64,000 nucleotides of DNA from Pelagomonas calceolata (lineage: Eukaryota): contig CAKKNE010000004.1 in NCBI GenBank assembly GCA_918797485.1, forward strand, positions 1,054,001 through 1,118,000. The letters are read 5' to 3'. Every line of letters starts with the position of its first letter. Position 1 is the first letter of the stretch. The notes under the pieces are model-generated. The model was not told where the DNA came from, searched no databases, and saw only the letters and a program-made list of their open reading frames with translations. Positions 28,093-38,037 of the stretch are shown in pieces. Position numbers and translations under genes: made by a program.

Positions 28093-29895
28093 TCAGGCGA
28101 GCGCCTGGACCAGCGCGGCGCTCTCCGCCTTGTAGTCGCAGGGCTTGACGTCCGCGATGGACACCTTGACCCGCGTCTGCTCGTTCCACGTGTCCGCCTT
28201 CGCGCGCAGCTTCAGGACGTAGCGCTGGAAGTTGAACTGCTTCATGTACGATTCGAACTTGCCGTCCTCGCCGTCGACCTCCTCCTTGTACACGGCCAGT
28301 TGGTCCGCGTCGACCTTCCCAAACAGTTCCAAGGCCGATTCGTTGAAGGCCGACACCCAGGCCTGGCCGCTGTCGTCGATGAAGGTGCAGGACACGATGT
28401 AGCGCCGCTGGCACTCGGCACTGGTAGAATTGCACTTCTCGCACATCCACGTGCCGTCCGTATTTTGCACGACCTTCTTCTGGCAGCCCTCGGACGCGCA
28501 GGCCTCGTACCAGAGCTTCTCGGAGCGCACGAAGTTCAAGGTGGCCGCAACCCCGATGTAGTCGGGCTTCTCGCCATACCCGAGCTGTTTGGCCTTGATG
28601 TCGTCCAGCACACCTCGCTCGCCAAAGGGCACTTCGCGGCCGCCCATGCCGCCACCTGAGCCACCTGTCAAGCCTTGGGTGGAGGAGTCCTTGCCGCCCT
28701 CGGACCACCACTGTCGTAACTCCACACTTCGCGGGATGTCCTGGCTGTCCCACAATAATTGGGAGGAGAAGCCTGACGAGAGGGAAACGCCGCCGAAGTC
28801 ACCAACTCTAAGACCCTTGGCGCAGAGCGTCGGCTGCGAATCCCAGAAGGCGTCCTCCTTCAAAGCAACGTCGCCCCAGAACGTGCACCGGATGTCAAAA
28901 CCGCTGTCGTCGCAGAGGACGACCTCTCGCTTCGTCAGTTCCTTGCCGGACTTGGACGAGATGATCGTGCCGACGGGCTCGGCCTTGCGCACGATGGCGA
29001 CGACGTCGATGTTGCCGTCGCGCGGGCCGCCGCCGTCGCCGAATATCGACAGGGGCTGCCAGTCGCCCTTGATCTGGGAGATGCCCGCGTCGTCGTCGCA
29101 GGCTTCCACCGTGACGTTGCCGAAGGTCAATTCAAATTCATGACTTAATGAAGTGTACTGCTTGTTGGCCGGCTTGAGGCGGCCGGACGTCTCCTGGAAC
29201 GTGTAGACCTTGCCTTCCTCGAGTAGAGGGAACACTTTGTCCGCCGTCTCCTTGAAGAACGTGCCGCGGATCTCGCCGGACGCATCGAGCAGGTCGACGG
29301 AGAAGAGGTTACCTTTCGAGGTCGGCTTGTCCCAGTAGCGCATCTGGGATTTCGAGGTCACGCGCGCGCGCAGGCAGAAGCGCTGCTGGTAGGGGTTGAG
29401 CTCGGCGATGGGCATGGCCGCGCGGCCGCCGGCGCTCGGTCTTCTCGGCGCGGCCCTCGCCGGCGCGGGCGCGGGCTTCTTCGGCGCCGCTTGCGGAGCA
29501 GGCGCGCCGCCGGCCGGCTGGGCGTCGCTCGGTAGTGCTTCGCCGTTCGGGTAGCCCGTCGGCGCGCCGATCAACTTCTGGGGGCCCGCCGCGACCTCGA
29601 GGTCGATGACGATGACGATCTTGCGGCCGGCCATGTCGTTCACGGAGTACTTGAGGAGTCTCACGAGGCATCCCGGCGCGAAGTCGCCGCCCTCCTGGAG
29701 CAAGGCGTGGACCTGCGTCGCCGCCATGGCGTAGACCCACCGCGAGCCGTCCGTGAGCCAGAGCTTGTGGCGCGTCGCGTTCGCGCCGCCTACCGGCTGG
29801 AACTTCGCCACCTGGAGGACCGGGCGGTCGCCGCCATCACTCGTGACGATCTCGTTGACGATGCCTTCGACGGCGCCGGCGCTGAGCGTCGTCAT
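28093..29895 (-). CDS. RPA1: Replication protein A 70 kDa subunit
   Basis: OB folds (PIAELNPYQ...ARVTSKS...LFSVDLLDASGEIR); C4 zinc motif YEAC...CQKKV...CEKC. Confidence 0.95.
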   Translation of the reverse strand: MTTLSAGAVEGIVNEIVTSDGGDRPVLQVAKFQPVGGANATRHKLWLTDGSRWVYAMAATQVHALLQEGGDFAPGCLVRLLKYSVNDMAGRKIVIVIDLEVAAGPQKLIGAPTGYPNGEALPSDAQPAGGAPAPQAAPKKPAPAPARAAPRRPSAGGRAAMPIAELNPYQQRFCLRARVTSKSQMRYWDKPTSKGNLFSVDLLDASGEIRGTFFKETADKVFPLLEEGKVYTFQETSGRLKPANKQYTSLSHEFELTFGNVTVEACDDDAGISQIKGDWQPLSIFGDGGGPRDGNIDVVAIVRKAEPVGTIISSKSGKELTKREVVLCDDSGFDIRCTFWGDVALKEDAFWDSQPTLCAKGLRVGDFGGVSLSSGFSSQLLWDSQDIPRSVELRQWWSEGGKDSSTQGLTGGSGGGMGGREVPFGERGVLDDIKAKQLGYGEKPDYIGVAATLNFVRSEKLWYEACASEGCQKKVVQNTDGTWMCEKCNSTSAECQRRYIVSCTFIDDSGQAWVSAFNESALELFGKVDADQLAVYKEEVDGEDGKFESYMKQFNFQRYVLKLRAKADTWNEQTRVKVSIADVKPCDYKAESAALVQALA

Positions 29896-30576
29896 CGTTT
29901 TGCCTGTGCGTGGGACGGTCCCGCGGCGCGTTCCCTCTCCGTCGCTGGGGCGCGGCGCGCGCGGAAAAGCTGTGGGCGGCTGGCGCGGTGGCGGCGCGGC
30001 GTGAAAATGGGTGCGGCGCGGGCGGCGCACTCTTCTACGCGCTGCTGTTTTGAAAAAGAGCGCTCCTCGGTTTTGGGGGGCCTGCGGCGCGCGCAGCGTC
30101 GTTTTCGACCGCGTCAAGCCTCCGCGCGTCGTAGATAGGTGTGAGGCGCCGCAGCGCACCGGTGATCCAGTCCAATTCCACGCCTGTGAGCCGGGAGCAC
30201 GTCCCAATTCAAACAAGCCAGCAGCCCGAACTCTCGCGCCGCTCGATCTCGGACCGCTGCGAAAACCGCCAAGACCGCTCTGGACTTGGCGTCCGTGCTC
30301 CACTGGAGCCCTGGAAGCTTGTGGGAGTGAGTTAAGCTAGTAAAACCCCCTCTAGCCCGGCTGCAGCCCAATCAGCTCGCAGCACTTTTGCGACGCGACT
30401 TCGTGCCGTGCGCGTTGTCAGAGCTGGCATTCGTGCTACTGACAGCCACGCGCTGCGAAACCGAAGTTCTCCGTGCGCCTGCGCCGCGCTCCCGACAAAC
30501 ACAAAGACTTGCAAGGCTGCCAAAGCGCTGCAGACGCGCGTGGCCTCATCGCTGCAAGCAAGGCATAAAAAAAGCC

Positions 30577-32198
30577 ATGCTCGACGCCGCGACCTGCGAA
30601 GCCGCTCTGGCAACCTCGCCCCACGTCACCGATCACAAAGCCGCGTGCGCCGACCTCGTCACAGCACTTGCAAGGAGACGGCTCTCCGAGGACCACGCGT
30701 TCGCGACGTTCGACGACGTGCAGGACTACGTCGACCTAGCGTGCGTTATTGTGATTGTGGCCTGCGCCGCATTAGCTGCGGGTTTAACGATGGGCGTCAC
30801 TTCTCTAGAGTCCTCGGAACTCCGAGTGATAGTAAGGACCGGCACCGCAACCGAAAAGAGCCAAGCCTCGAAACTCCTACCGCTGGTGGAGAGGAGGCCG
30901 CATCACCAAGTACTAGTAACCCTGTTATTATGCAACTCGCTCGCCAACGAGGCTTTACCTATATTTGTAGACAAACTAGCGCCGACGTGGGCCGCCGTGC
31001 TCTTCTCCGTCGTCTTCGTGCTAGTTTTTGGGGAAATATTACCGTCGGCCATCTTCACGGGTCCCTCGCAGCTGCGGATGGCCGCTCTCTGCGCGCCCCT
31101 CGTGAAATGCGTCCTGGCGGTGTTCTCTCCAATAACCTACCCTATTAGCTTGTTACTCGACCACTACCTGCCCGAGGAAGACGACTGCGAAGAACCAGAT
31201 GAGATCGTGGCGCGGGTCGAAGTGGAACGGGAGCTGGCGCAGCTGCGGGGACGGCCGGCGCCCTTCACGGCGGACGAGTCGAACTTGGTGCGAGGAGTGA
31301 TGGCTCTACGGAGAACGACCGTCGCGGACGTCTACGTTCCTCTCAAGAGGGTCGCTACCGTCTCAGCAAGTGCGCCGTTGACGCTAGAAACGCTGCAAGC
31401 TCTGAGGGATGCCGGGCATAGTAGGATACCTCTCAGGTGGTCGCAGACGCCCGGAGACTGGCGCGATTTCATACTCGTGAAGGAGCTCGTCGGGTGCCGA
31501 CCTGTGCATACATAAAAATTTCGCGGCGCGTTCTTGAATCGTCGCGTATGACCTCCACGCCGACGCGACGCCTGCTCGATAGCGTGGCGATGCCGGTTCG
31601 TCACCGCTCGACGGTCCCCTTGACTCACTGGTTGATTCCACACAGGTGCCAACCAGACCAGACCATCACGCTGTCCGGGACGGGCCGAGCTCTAAGAACC
31701 CCGCATTGGGTCTCCCTCGACCAGTCACTACCGGAGGTTTTAGACCTCTTCCAGCAGGGCCAAAGTCACGTCGCGTTCGTGTCGATGAACCCGCAACGCT
31801 CAGCGAGTTGTAGAGTCCACGACCGCGAAACGCTGGCCGTAGGAATCGTCACTCTGGAGGACGTCGTCGAGGAATTGATCACCGAAGAGATTTACGACGA
31901 GGACGACCGGAGGATCGCCAAAAGGGTCGTCGGCAATTTCATCCTCCGAAAATGGTTCGGGCGGTCGGCGGTCCTGCAGCGGGCGACGCTGTCTGGTCGG
32001 CGGGCGTCGCTCGAACGAGGTTCGGTGTCGCCGCCGTCTCGTAGAGGTTCGGTGCGCGGGAGATTACGGGCGTCGTCGGCGCATGAGGCCTCGGTGGCTT
32101 CTACGGTTGGTCGTGCTTTACGTCGGTTGGGGTCTCAATCGTCGACGGCGGGCGAGCGGACAAGGCTCGTGGTGGATGAAGGCGCGGACGTCGTGTGA
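30577..32198 (+). CDS. CNNM/DUF21-CBS metal transporter; 2 exons
   Basis: AGLTMG, HQVLVTLLLCN, FGEILP, GHSRIP, GIVTLEDVVEELITEEIYDE; exons 30577-31493 and 31646-32198. Confidence 0.9.
31494..31645 (+). mobile_element. Introner (element 31502-31645, TSD GTGCCGAC/GTGCCAAC)
   Basis: CTGTG...CACAG termini, 7/8 TSD match, removal restores frame. Confidence 0.85.
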
Positions 32199-32221
32199 GT
32201 TTATATGCTAAGTATTTGTAA

Positions 32222-32263
32222 TTAATTGCTCGCCGGGTCGCGGGCGCGGAGGACGGCTCGCGA
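32222..32263 (-). pseudogene. Orphan 3' end of a MYND-RINGv-TPR family member
   Basis: Reads SRAVLRARDPASN*, matching family C-termini (ARAALRARE...*). Confidence 0.55.
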
Positions 32264-32281
32264 ACAGTGTAATTCATTCTT

Positions 32282-33418
32282 CTACGTGAAGACGACGCTC
32301 TGCCCGGCTTCGCGGGCGCGGAGCGCGGCTCGCGCGGTTCGCAAACCCGCATCAACCCCTGTCGTGAGCGGGTGCGCGCCACCCATCACGCGCCGCGCGA
32401 TCCGATTCGCGTCCTCGAGCGTCGTCACGGCCTCGCGCACATCGTCGAGCGTGGCTGCAGGGTCCTTGTAGAGCGCAACCGCGTAACACAACTGCATCCT
32501 AAGCGGGAACTCATTCGAATCTCCAAGAACGCGCCGCGATACGGGCATCGTTTTGCGCAGCAGTGATTTGGTTTCTTCGAAGCGCTCTAGAGCCTGAAGG
32601 GACGCCGCGTAGTTGGTTGCTGCTATGAGGGTTTGCGGATGATCCTTGCCGTGTAACTTTAAGCGTCCGGAGTACACGTCTCGCTCCATGCTTAGAGCCT
32701 CCTCAAGCCGTCCAAGCTGTGCATGTGTTCTCGCAAGATTGCTCTGCACGGCGAGCAGGTTGTGTTCTGATGTGCCATTGCGTCGCTTCATAGAAAACTC
32801 GGCCTCTCTCACGGACAACGACTCTTCGTGGTGACATGCAGAGGATAAACCGTTCGCAAGTACGCCCATCGCCATGCGCCGAGCCTCGTCCGCCTCCGGC
32901 CGACCGACGTACGTTTTCCAGCACGCCCACCCGAGCGCGCATCGCACGACGCCGTGGTAGTGTTGCTCGCACAGGCTACACGTGAACCACCGCCGCCACC
33001 TCTCGTTCAACACCTTGACGCCCAAATTGTTCTCCTCGGCCTCCGCGAACAAGATCTTCGCCTGCTCCGCCAGACACGACACGTGCGCGAAGCCCGCCGT
33101 CCCGCGGCACGCACACATGCGCACGAGGCCCTCCTTCGTCTTCCAGTGCAAGGCCTGCGTGCAGATGTAGCACGTCTGGCCCTTCGTGTCCTCGGCGCAC
33201 GCCTCGACCGCGACCGCGACGGCCTCCTTGTATTTTTTGTCGGCGTTATACTGTTCTGCGTTGCCGCCGCGGTGTATTTTCTTACACATCTGCTTGTGGC
33301 CGCGGCGCCAGTGGTCATGCTGGCAAGTCGAGTCACAATAGCGAACCTTACATCTAACACAGCGGGGCGCGTCGTGGGCCAGTGGGGCGGCGCAGGCGGC
33401 GCAAGTTGTGAGGATCAT
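32282..33418 (-). CDS. MYND zinc finger - RINGv - TPR family protein, copy 2
   Basis: Same architecture as copy 1; starts MILTT at 33418. Confidence 0.85.
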   Translation of the reverse strand: MILTTCAACAAPLAHDAPRCVRCKVRYCDSTCQHDHWRRGHKQMCKKIHRGGNAEQYNADKKYKEAVAVAVEACAEDTKGQTCYICTQALHWKTKEGLVRMCACRGTAGFAHVSCLAEQAKILFAEAEENNLGVKVLNERWRRWFTCSLCEQHYHGVVRCALGWACWKTYVGRPEADEARRMAMGVLANGLSSACHHEESLSVREAEFSMKRRNGTSEHNLLAVQSNLARTHAQLGRLEEALSMERDVYSGRLKLHGKDHPQTLIAATNYAASLQALERFEETKSLLRKTMPVSRRVLGDSNEFPLRMQLCYAVALYKDPAATLDDVREAVTTLEDANRIARRVMGGAHPLTTGVDAGLRTARAALRAREAGQSVVFT

Positions 33419-33637
33419 TTTGCGTTGGTTTGGCGTTTGTGAGGCTCGCGCGTCGCGTGTTTTGTGGCTGGACCCAAAAATCGGGTTCACAAATTTGCCG
33501 CAAACGTTCGCCCCGTCGGGTCGTATATCGCGCCGGCGGCGTGCGCAGGACTCGTAACGTTCGTCGCGAGCCGCCTCGGGGGCACCGGTATTGATTGTGA
33601 CCACCCAAGCCAAAATTCCTGGGACTAAAGCGCCGGC

Positions 33638-34210
33638 ATGGGTGCCCTGTTCTCGACGCGACACACACTTCACAGCGACGGCGCCGACGCGGCCCGCGGC
33701 GAGGACCTCGCGTTCTACTTACAACTGGATCTCGACCACGAACCCAAAGACGTCGTCGAATTGGGGGTCGGCGCGTCCGGCGCGGCCCTGCGCGCGGTCC
33801 TCGCGGCGAAGCCGAAGAGCCTCCACGCCCGGGAGCTGTCGGAGAAGAACCGAAAACGGCTGGAGAAGGAATTCGCAAAAGAGGTCGAATCTGGAGTGAT
33901 GACGATCTCGGGCTCCACCACGCCGCGGCCCCTGCCTTTGGATGATGCCAGTGTAGATATCATCTACGGCCTGCACGGCCTCCACTGCATGGAGTCCTTC
34001 GCGGATATCCACGCGGAGATGCGGCGACTCCTGCGGCCCGGCGGGAGACTGGTGTGGGCCTGCGGCTCTTACGGCCCGGCGGGAGAAGGCGGATCGCGCG
34101 TGCTGGCCGGGGCGATGCGCGCGGCGGGCTTCGTCGACGTTAAGATCGACGTCACGCGGCTCCAGGGCGCCGCGAGGTGGACGCCAGTCGTGGGCGTGAA
34201 GGCGCGCTAA
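33638..34210 (+). CDS. Class I SAM-dependent methyltransferase
   Basis: VVELGVGASG, LPLDDASVD, RLLRPGGRL. Confidence 0.8.
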   Translation: MGALFSTRHTLHSDGADAARGEDLAFYLQLDLDHEPKDVVELGVGASGAALRAVLAAKPKSLHARELSEKNRKRLEKEFAKEVESGVMTISGSTTPRPLPLDDASVDIIYGLHGLHCMESFADIHAEMRRLLRPGGRLVWACGSYGPAGEGGSRVLAGAMRAAGFVDVKIDVTRLQGAARWTPVVGVKAR

Positions 34211-34328
34211 TCTCGTGCCGCGGCGAAGGCGGTCCAGGCGCCATCCACGCCATCGCCGCGAGCGACGCCGACGCATGTGTATAAACTAAGTAATCCAAGG
34301 CTCGATGGCGTCCGTACGTTAGAATAAA

Positions 34329-35519
34329 TTACTCGCTCCTAACCAACCACAGCGTGTGCCACTCCCGCTCCTCTCTCTTCTCGAGCGTTACCACAATCGT
34401 AGAACCATCAATAGTCCACGAACACCCAGAGGGATCGATGGGCGCAAACAACGGCGACCAGTGAATTAACTGGACGCCATCACACGTCACGGTCAGCGCG
34501 TCGCCTCGACCATAAGAGACCTTGACGCGCGCCTTGAGAGGCTTCTCAGATTCTGGACAAGTCACCACAATCTCGACCTCATCATCAGTCTGCGACCACT
34601 TGTAATTCTCGCCGCTACCGGACTTGACGTCCACGGGCCGCATGGCCTGGGACTGGGCGTGGTGGCTCCTGAGAGACGCGACGCACCAGTCCGAGGCCGG
34701 ATCTAGCTCCGACTCGTAGAAGTCGACGTTCCTTAAACCGGAAGGGCCCGCTTGCGTTCTTCCTACATAAGCGTCGCCTTTTATGGATAACCCGTGCAAC
34801 CCACAAGCAGCACAGAGCTTCTCGGCGCGCGCGTTTCTGGGTCGTTCCCGCAACGCCCCGATGCCGTCGATGTACAACGAGACGTGTCTCCCTGATGAAG
34901 AGTCTCTAGCTAAGGGATAGGCCTCGACGTGGCCCTCTTCCGACGCTAAACTTTGTAGAGTGTCGAAGGACGGCGCCTCGACGCTTTGCTGCGACAGCAT
35001 CTTGCTCAGTCTATCTGTCGTTTCTCGTTCCACGGCGCGCCGGTCCATCACTGTCCGATCGGCAAAGACGGGCTTGAGGAGCGTCAACAGCGTGTCGCCC
35101 TTCGAAATAGGACCGTGCAATCGGGAAACGTTTTCCGTCGGCGTGTGAGGAAGTTTGAGGTACACGAATTCGCCCGCTCCCCGAAGAGGCACGACCTCCT
35201 TCTTTGTAGAACGGTCTTCAGACGTCTCGACCTCGACGCCCCGCTCGCGCAGGTAGGCCAGGCGCTGGTCCGGCGTCAGCGCGTCCTCCTCGTCGTCGTC
35301 GAGTGTGGGTGCTGGTGGTGGCACCGCGGCGCTCGCGACGGTCTCTACGTTCAGCCCTTCGACCGTCGGCTCCTTCTCGCTGGTCTCCGGCGGCGGCGTG
35401 GGCTTCTTCCTCGTCATGTCGCGCACGACGTCGACCTCGACGCCGCGCGACCGCAGGTAGGCCAGGCGCTCGGCGGGCGTCATGGCTTCGGCGTTGGGCG
35501 GTGGCGTGGGGACGTGCAT
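34329..35519 (-). CDS. NudC-like CS-domain protein
   Basis: YKWSQTDDEVEI...CSWTIDG.....TLEK.....W; two LAYLRxRGVEV repeats. Confidence 0.8.
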   Translation of the reverse strand: MHVPTPPPNAEAMTPAERLAYLRSRGVEVDVVRDMTRKKPTPPPETSEKEPTVEGLNVETVASAAVPPPAPTLDDDEEDALTPDQRLAYLRERGVEVETSEDRSTKKEVVPLRGAGEFVYLKLPHTPTENVSRLHGPISKGDTLLTLLKPVFADRTVMDRRAVERETTDRLSKMLSQQSVEAPSFDTLQSLASEEGHVEAYPLARDSSSGRHVSLYIDGIGALRERPRNARAEKLCAACGLHGLSIKGDAYVGRTQAGPSGLRNVDFYESELDPASDWCVASLRSHHAQSQAMRPVDVKSGSGENYKWSQTDDEVEIVVTCPESEKPLKARVKVSYGRGDALTVTCDGVQLIHWSPLFAPIDPSGCSWTIDGSTIVVTLEKREEREWHTLWLVRSE

Positions 35520-35719
35520 TTTGTAGCTGTGGCTGCACGAATGCGGCGTGTAATTAGCTGGATAGCTCGCAGAGGCCGATCGTGTGAGGGCGGCGCTTGA
35601 GCGGCAGTAGCGGTGCAGCTCTGTATCGCCGGCGGTAGCAGCGATCAAGAACGGCAGCTTGCGACCCTGAGATTCAGCATGCGACGCGTAATGCTGGTCG
35701 TACTCGTAGGAGAGTGCTT

Positions 35720-35743
35720 GCTAGTGTGTTACATGCCGCTAGC
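35720..35743. promoter_or_regulatory. GCTAG...CTAGC upstream motif in a divergent intergenic region
   Basis: GCTAGTGTGTTACATGCCGCTAGC. Confidence 0.65.
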
Positions 35744-35853
35744 TTTGCTTGCGTTTTGCTGCAATTGCGTGGCTGCAGCGGAGCTTGAGTCGCCATAGCT
35801 CTCAGTGCTGGCCTATACTCTATATATATATACATAGCGTCAGCAGCACATCA

Positions 35854-37629
35854 ATGCGCTGGCTGCTCCTGCTCGCCCAGGCGGCTTTAGCCGAGGCGCT
35901 CATACCACCGCACACCAGGCCGTCGCCGCGGCGCTTGCACAGCGCTGTCGCAACCCCCGAGCTCACAAAGGACGAGGCGGGCCACTTGCTCGGCTTCGGT
36001 GACGCTTCGCACGAGCCCTCCACCTTACAACAGATCGACGCCGCTTGTGCCGCAAGGGCAGACGCGCTCACCTCAAATGATCTACAAAAACTAGAAGAAC
36101 AAATAAAAGCTATCGACGAAGAATTGGGCCCGCCCGTCTCGCCCTCTGGCAATGTGAGGAGGGATTCTGATGGAAAGGACGTCGTCGCCGTCGCCGCCGA
36201 GTTCAAACGCGCCTCGCCGTCCAAAGGAGACATTGCATTGGATGCGGACATCACGGACGTCGCGTCGACCTACGCGAAGGCCGGGGCCTCAATTATAAGT
36301 GTGCTGACGGAGCCTTCCAAGTTTAGCGGTTCTCTGGAAGATTTATTATCAGCAAGACGTGCAGCGCAAAAAGTAGCTGAGAGCACAGGTAAGCCGAGAC
36401 CCGCCATGCTGCGCAAGGACTTCATTTCAAGGGAATCCCAGATCATCGAAGCGAGGGCCTATGGCGCTGACTGCATCCTGCTCATTGTGGCCTGTCTCAC
36501 AAGATCTCAGTTGAGAGACCTCGTCGCGTCCTGCAAGAGGTACCAAATCCAGCCGCTCGTCGAGGTCCACACGGAAGAAGAAATGCAGTTAGCTCTCGAT
36601 ACGGAAGGTGTGGAATTTATCGGTATAAATAATAGGAATTTGCACTCGTTCAAGCTCGACATGTCGACCACACCTCGACTGATGGCTGCGGCGGCCAAGC
36701 ATCCGAACTACTCTGACGAGTTGACCTTCGCATCACTAAGTGGAGCGGCGGGCCGGAGTGACGTGGACGAGCTGAATGGTAGTACGAGGTGTGTTTTGGT
36801 GGGAGAGGCGCTCATGCGCGCGCCGGACGCGGGCGCGTTGGTGAACGAGTTAAGGTATCCCTCTGCCACAGTTGCGACGAAGCGTGTGCTCGCCAAGGTC
36901 TGCGGTGTGACTACTGCGGAAGATGCCATTCTTGCGTGCCGCGCGGGCGCGGATCTTATCGGCGTGATCAACGTCGCCAAATCAAAAAGATACGTAGACG
37001 CCGCCCAGGCTTCGGACATTGTCGACGCCGTCCGGGCGTTCGGGGAGCGGGAGCAACGGTGGGCTCCGTCATCCCATGGCTCATTGGATGCGTGGGCCGA
37101 TGCCTTGCGAACGGCCACGGATCGAGGACGGCCGTTGGTCTTCGGCGTGGTCCAGGACCAGCCTCTGGCGGACGTGCAGAAGTTCGTCGAGGGGTCGGGC
37201 GTCGATGTCATTCAACTGCACGGTTCCGAGAGTCTGGAGTATGCGGAAGCGCTCCAAGTGCCGCACGCGCGCGTGTTGCACGCGGAGCCATCTTCGGACA
37301 TCGACGCCGCCGCCGCGGATCTCGCGGCAGCATACGAACAAGTCGCGTCGGCCAAGTGCTGTCTTGTTCTTGTGGATGCGGCCGCGGCGGGCGAGAAATC
37401 AGGAGGGTTAGGAGCCCCCTTCGACTGGCGCGTCGCCGACGTGTTGGATGCGAAGCATGACATACGGGGCCTCGTGGCGGGCGGCCTCGACGCGGAGCGC
37501 GTCGTCGACTGCGCGGCGGCCGTCCCGAACGCGGTGGGCTTCGACGCGTCGTCGCGCCTCGAGAGTGAAACGCGGACGAAGGACCTGACGCGCGTGCGGG
37601 CGTACGTGGCCGCGGCGAAGGGTAAGTGA
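35854..37629 (+). CDS. trpCF: Bifunctional indole-3-glycerol-phosphate synthase / phosphoribosylanthranilate isomerase, probably plastid-targeted
   Basis: AEFKRASPSKG, ISVLTEP, LRKDFI, GINNRNL; KVCG, QLHGSE, AGGL; bipartite-type leader. Confidence 0.92.
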   Translation: MRWLLLLAQAALAEALIPPHTRPSPRRLHSAVATPELTKDEAGHLLGFGDASHEPSTLQQIDAACAARADALTSNDLQKLEEQIKAIDEELGPPVSPSGNVRRDSDGKDVVAVAAEFKRASPSKGDIALDADITDVASTYAKAGASIISVLTEPSKFSGSLEDLLSARRAAQKVAESTGKPRPAMLRKDFISRESQIIEARAYGADCILLIVACLTRSQLRDLVASCKRYQIQPLVEVHTEEEMQLALDTEGVEFIGINNRNLHSFKLDMSTTPRLMAAAAKHPNYSDELTFASLSGAAGRSDVDELNGSTRCVLVGEALMRAPDAGALVNELRYPSATVATKRVLAKVCGVTTAEDAILACRAGADLIGVINVAKSKRYVDAAQASDIVDAVRAFGEREQRWAPSSHGSLDAWADALRTATDRGRPLVFGVVQDQPLADVQKFVEGSGVDVIQLHGSESLEYAEALQVPHARVLHAEPSSDIDAAAADLAAAYEQVASAKCCLVLVDAAAAGEKSGGLGAPFDWRVADVLDAKHDIRGLVAGGLDAERVVDCAAAVPNAVGFDASSRLESETRTKDLTRVRAYVAAAKGK

Positions 37630-38037
37630 GGTCTCTTTAGATAGTCGTGCGGGTTTCTCGTCAGGCTTTGCTGTCAGTGAAGACGTGACGCTGGATCCGG
37701 ACCTTTAGAGGCCAGGTTCTAGGCGTCCATCCCCCCAGGACTAGGCTAGCGTTGTCAAACCGAGTAAATAGTCTTCTCCTTCTTTTTGCTGTCAGCGCCC
37801 ATAAAAGTCCGTAGAGCAACAACGAGGAAGATCGGCGCCCGTAGCCGTGATCCACGTCCGTAGCCCTTCGACTTCCACGCAAGAAACACCTTCAAAGGCG
37901 CGCACTTGCAAGCATAGGCCAGTTATAAATTGGTGGTCGTCAAACGCACAAAGTTTGGCGGCGTGAGTCGGAAGGCAGAGAGCCGGAAGAGTTGTCGCGT
38001 TGTGCCGACGCGGACGTCGACCTCCCACTGATTCGAC

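Noticed and set aside
29896..30303. Long N-terminal extension on the RPA1 ORF (similarly at 54713, 50849, 33673, 45785)
   Set aside because: Upstream open frames span promoter or UTR sequence; homology begins at downstream ATGs
35820..35833. (TA)n microsatellite upstream of trpCF
   Set aside because: Short simple repeat; cannot be distinguished from a TATA-like tract
37640..38030. Lower-GC spacer with a GGACTAGGCTAGC stretch
   Set aside because: No full motif, ORF homology or repeat match that I can support
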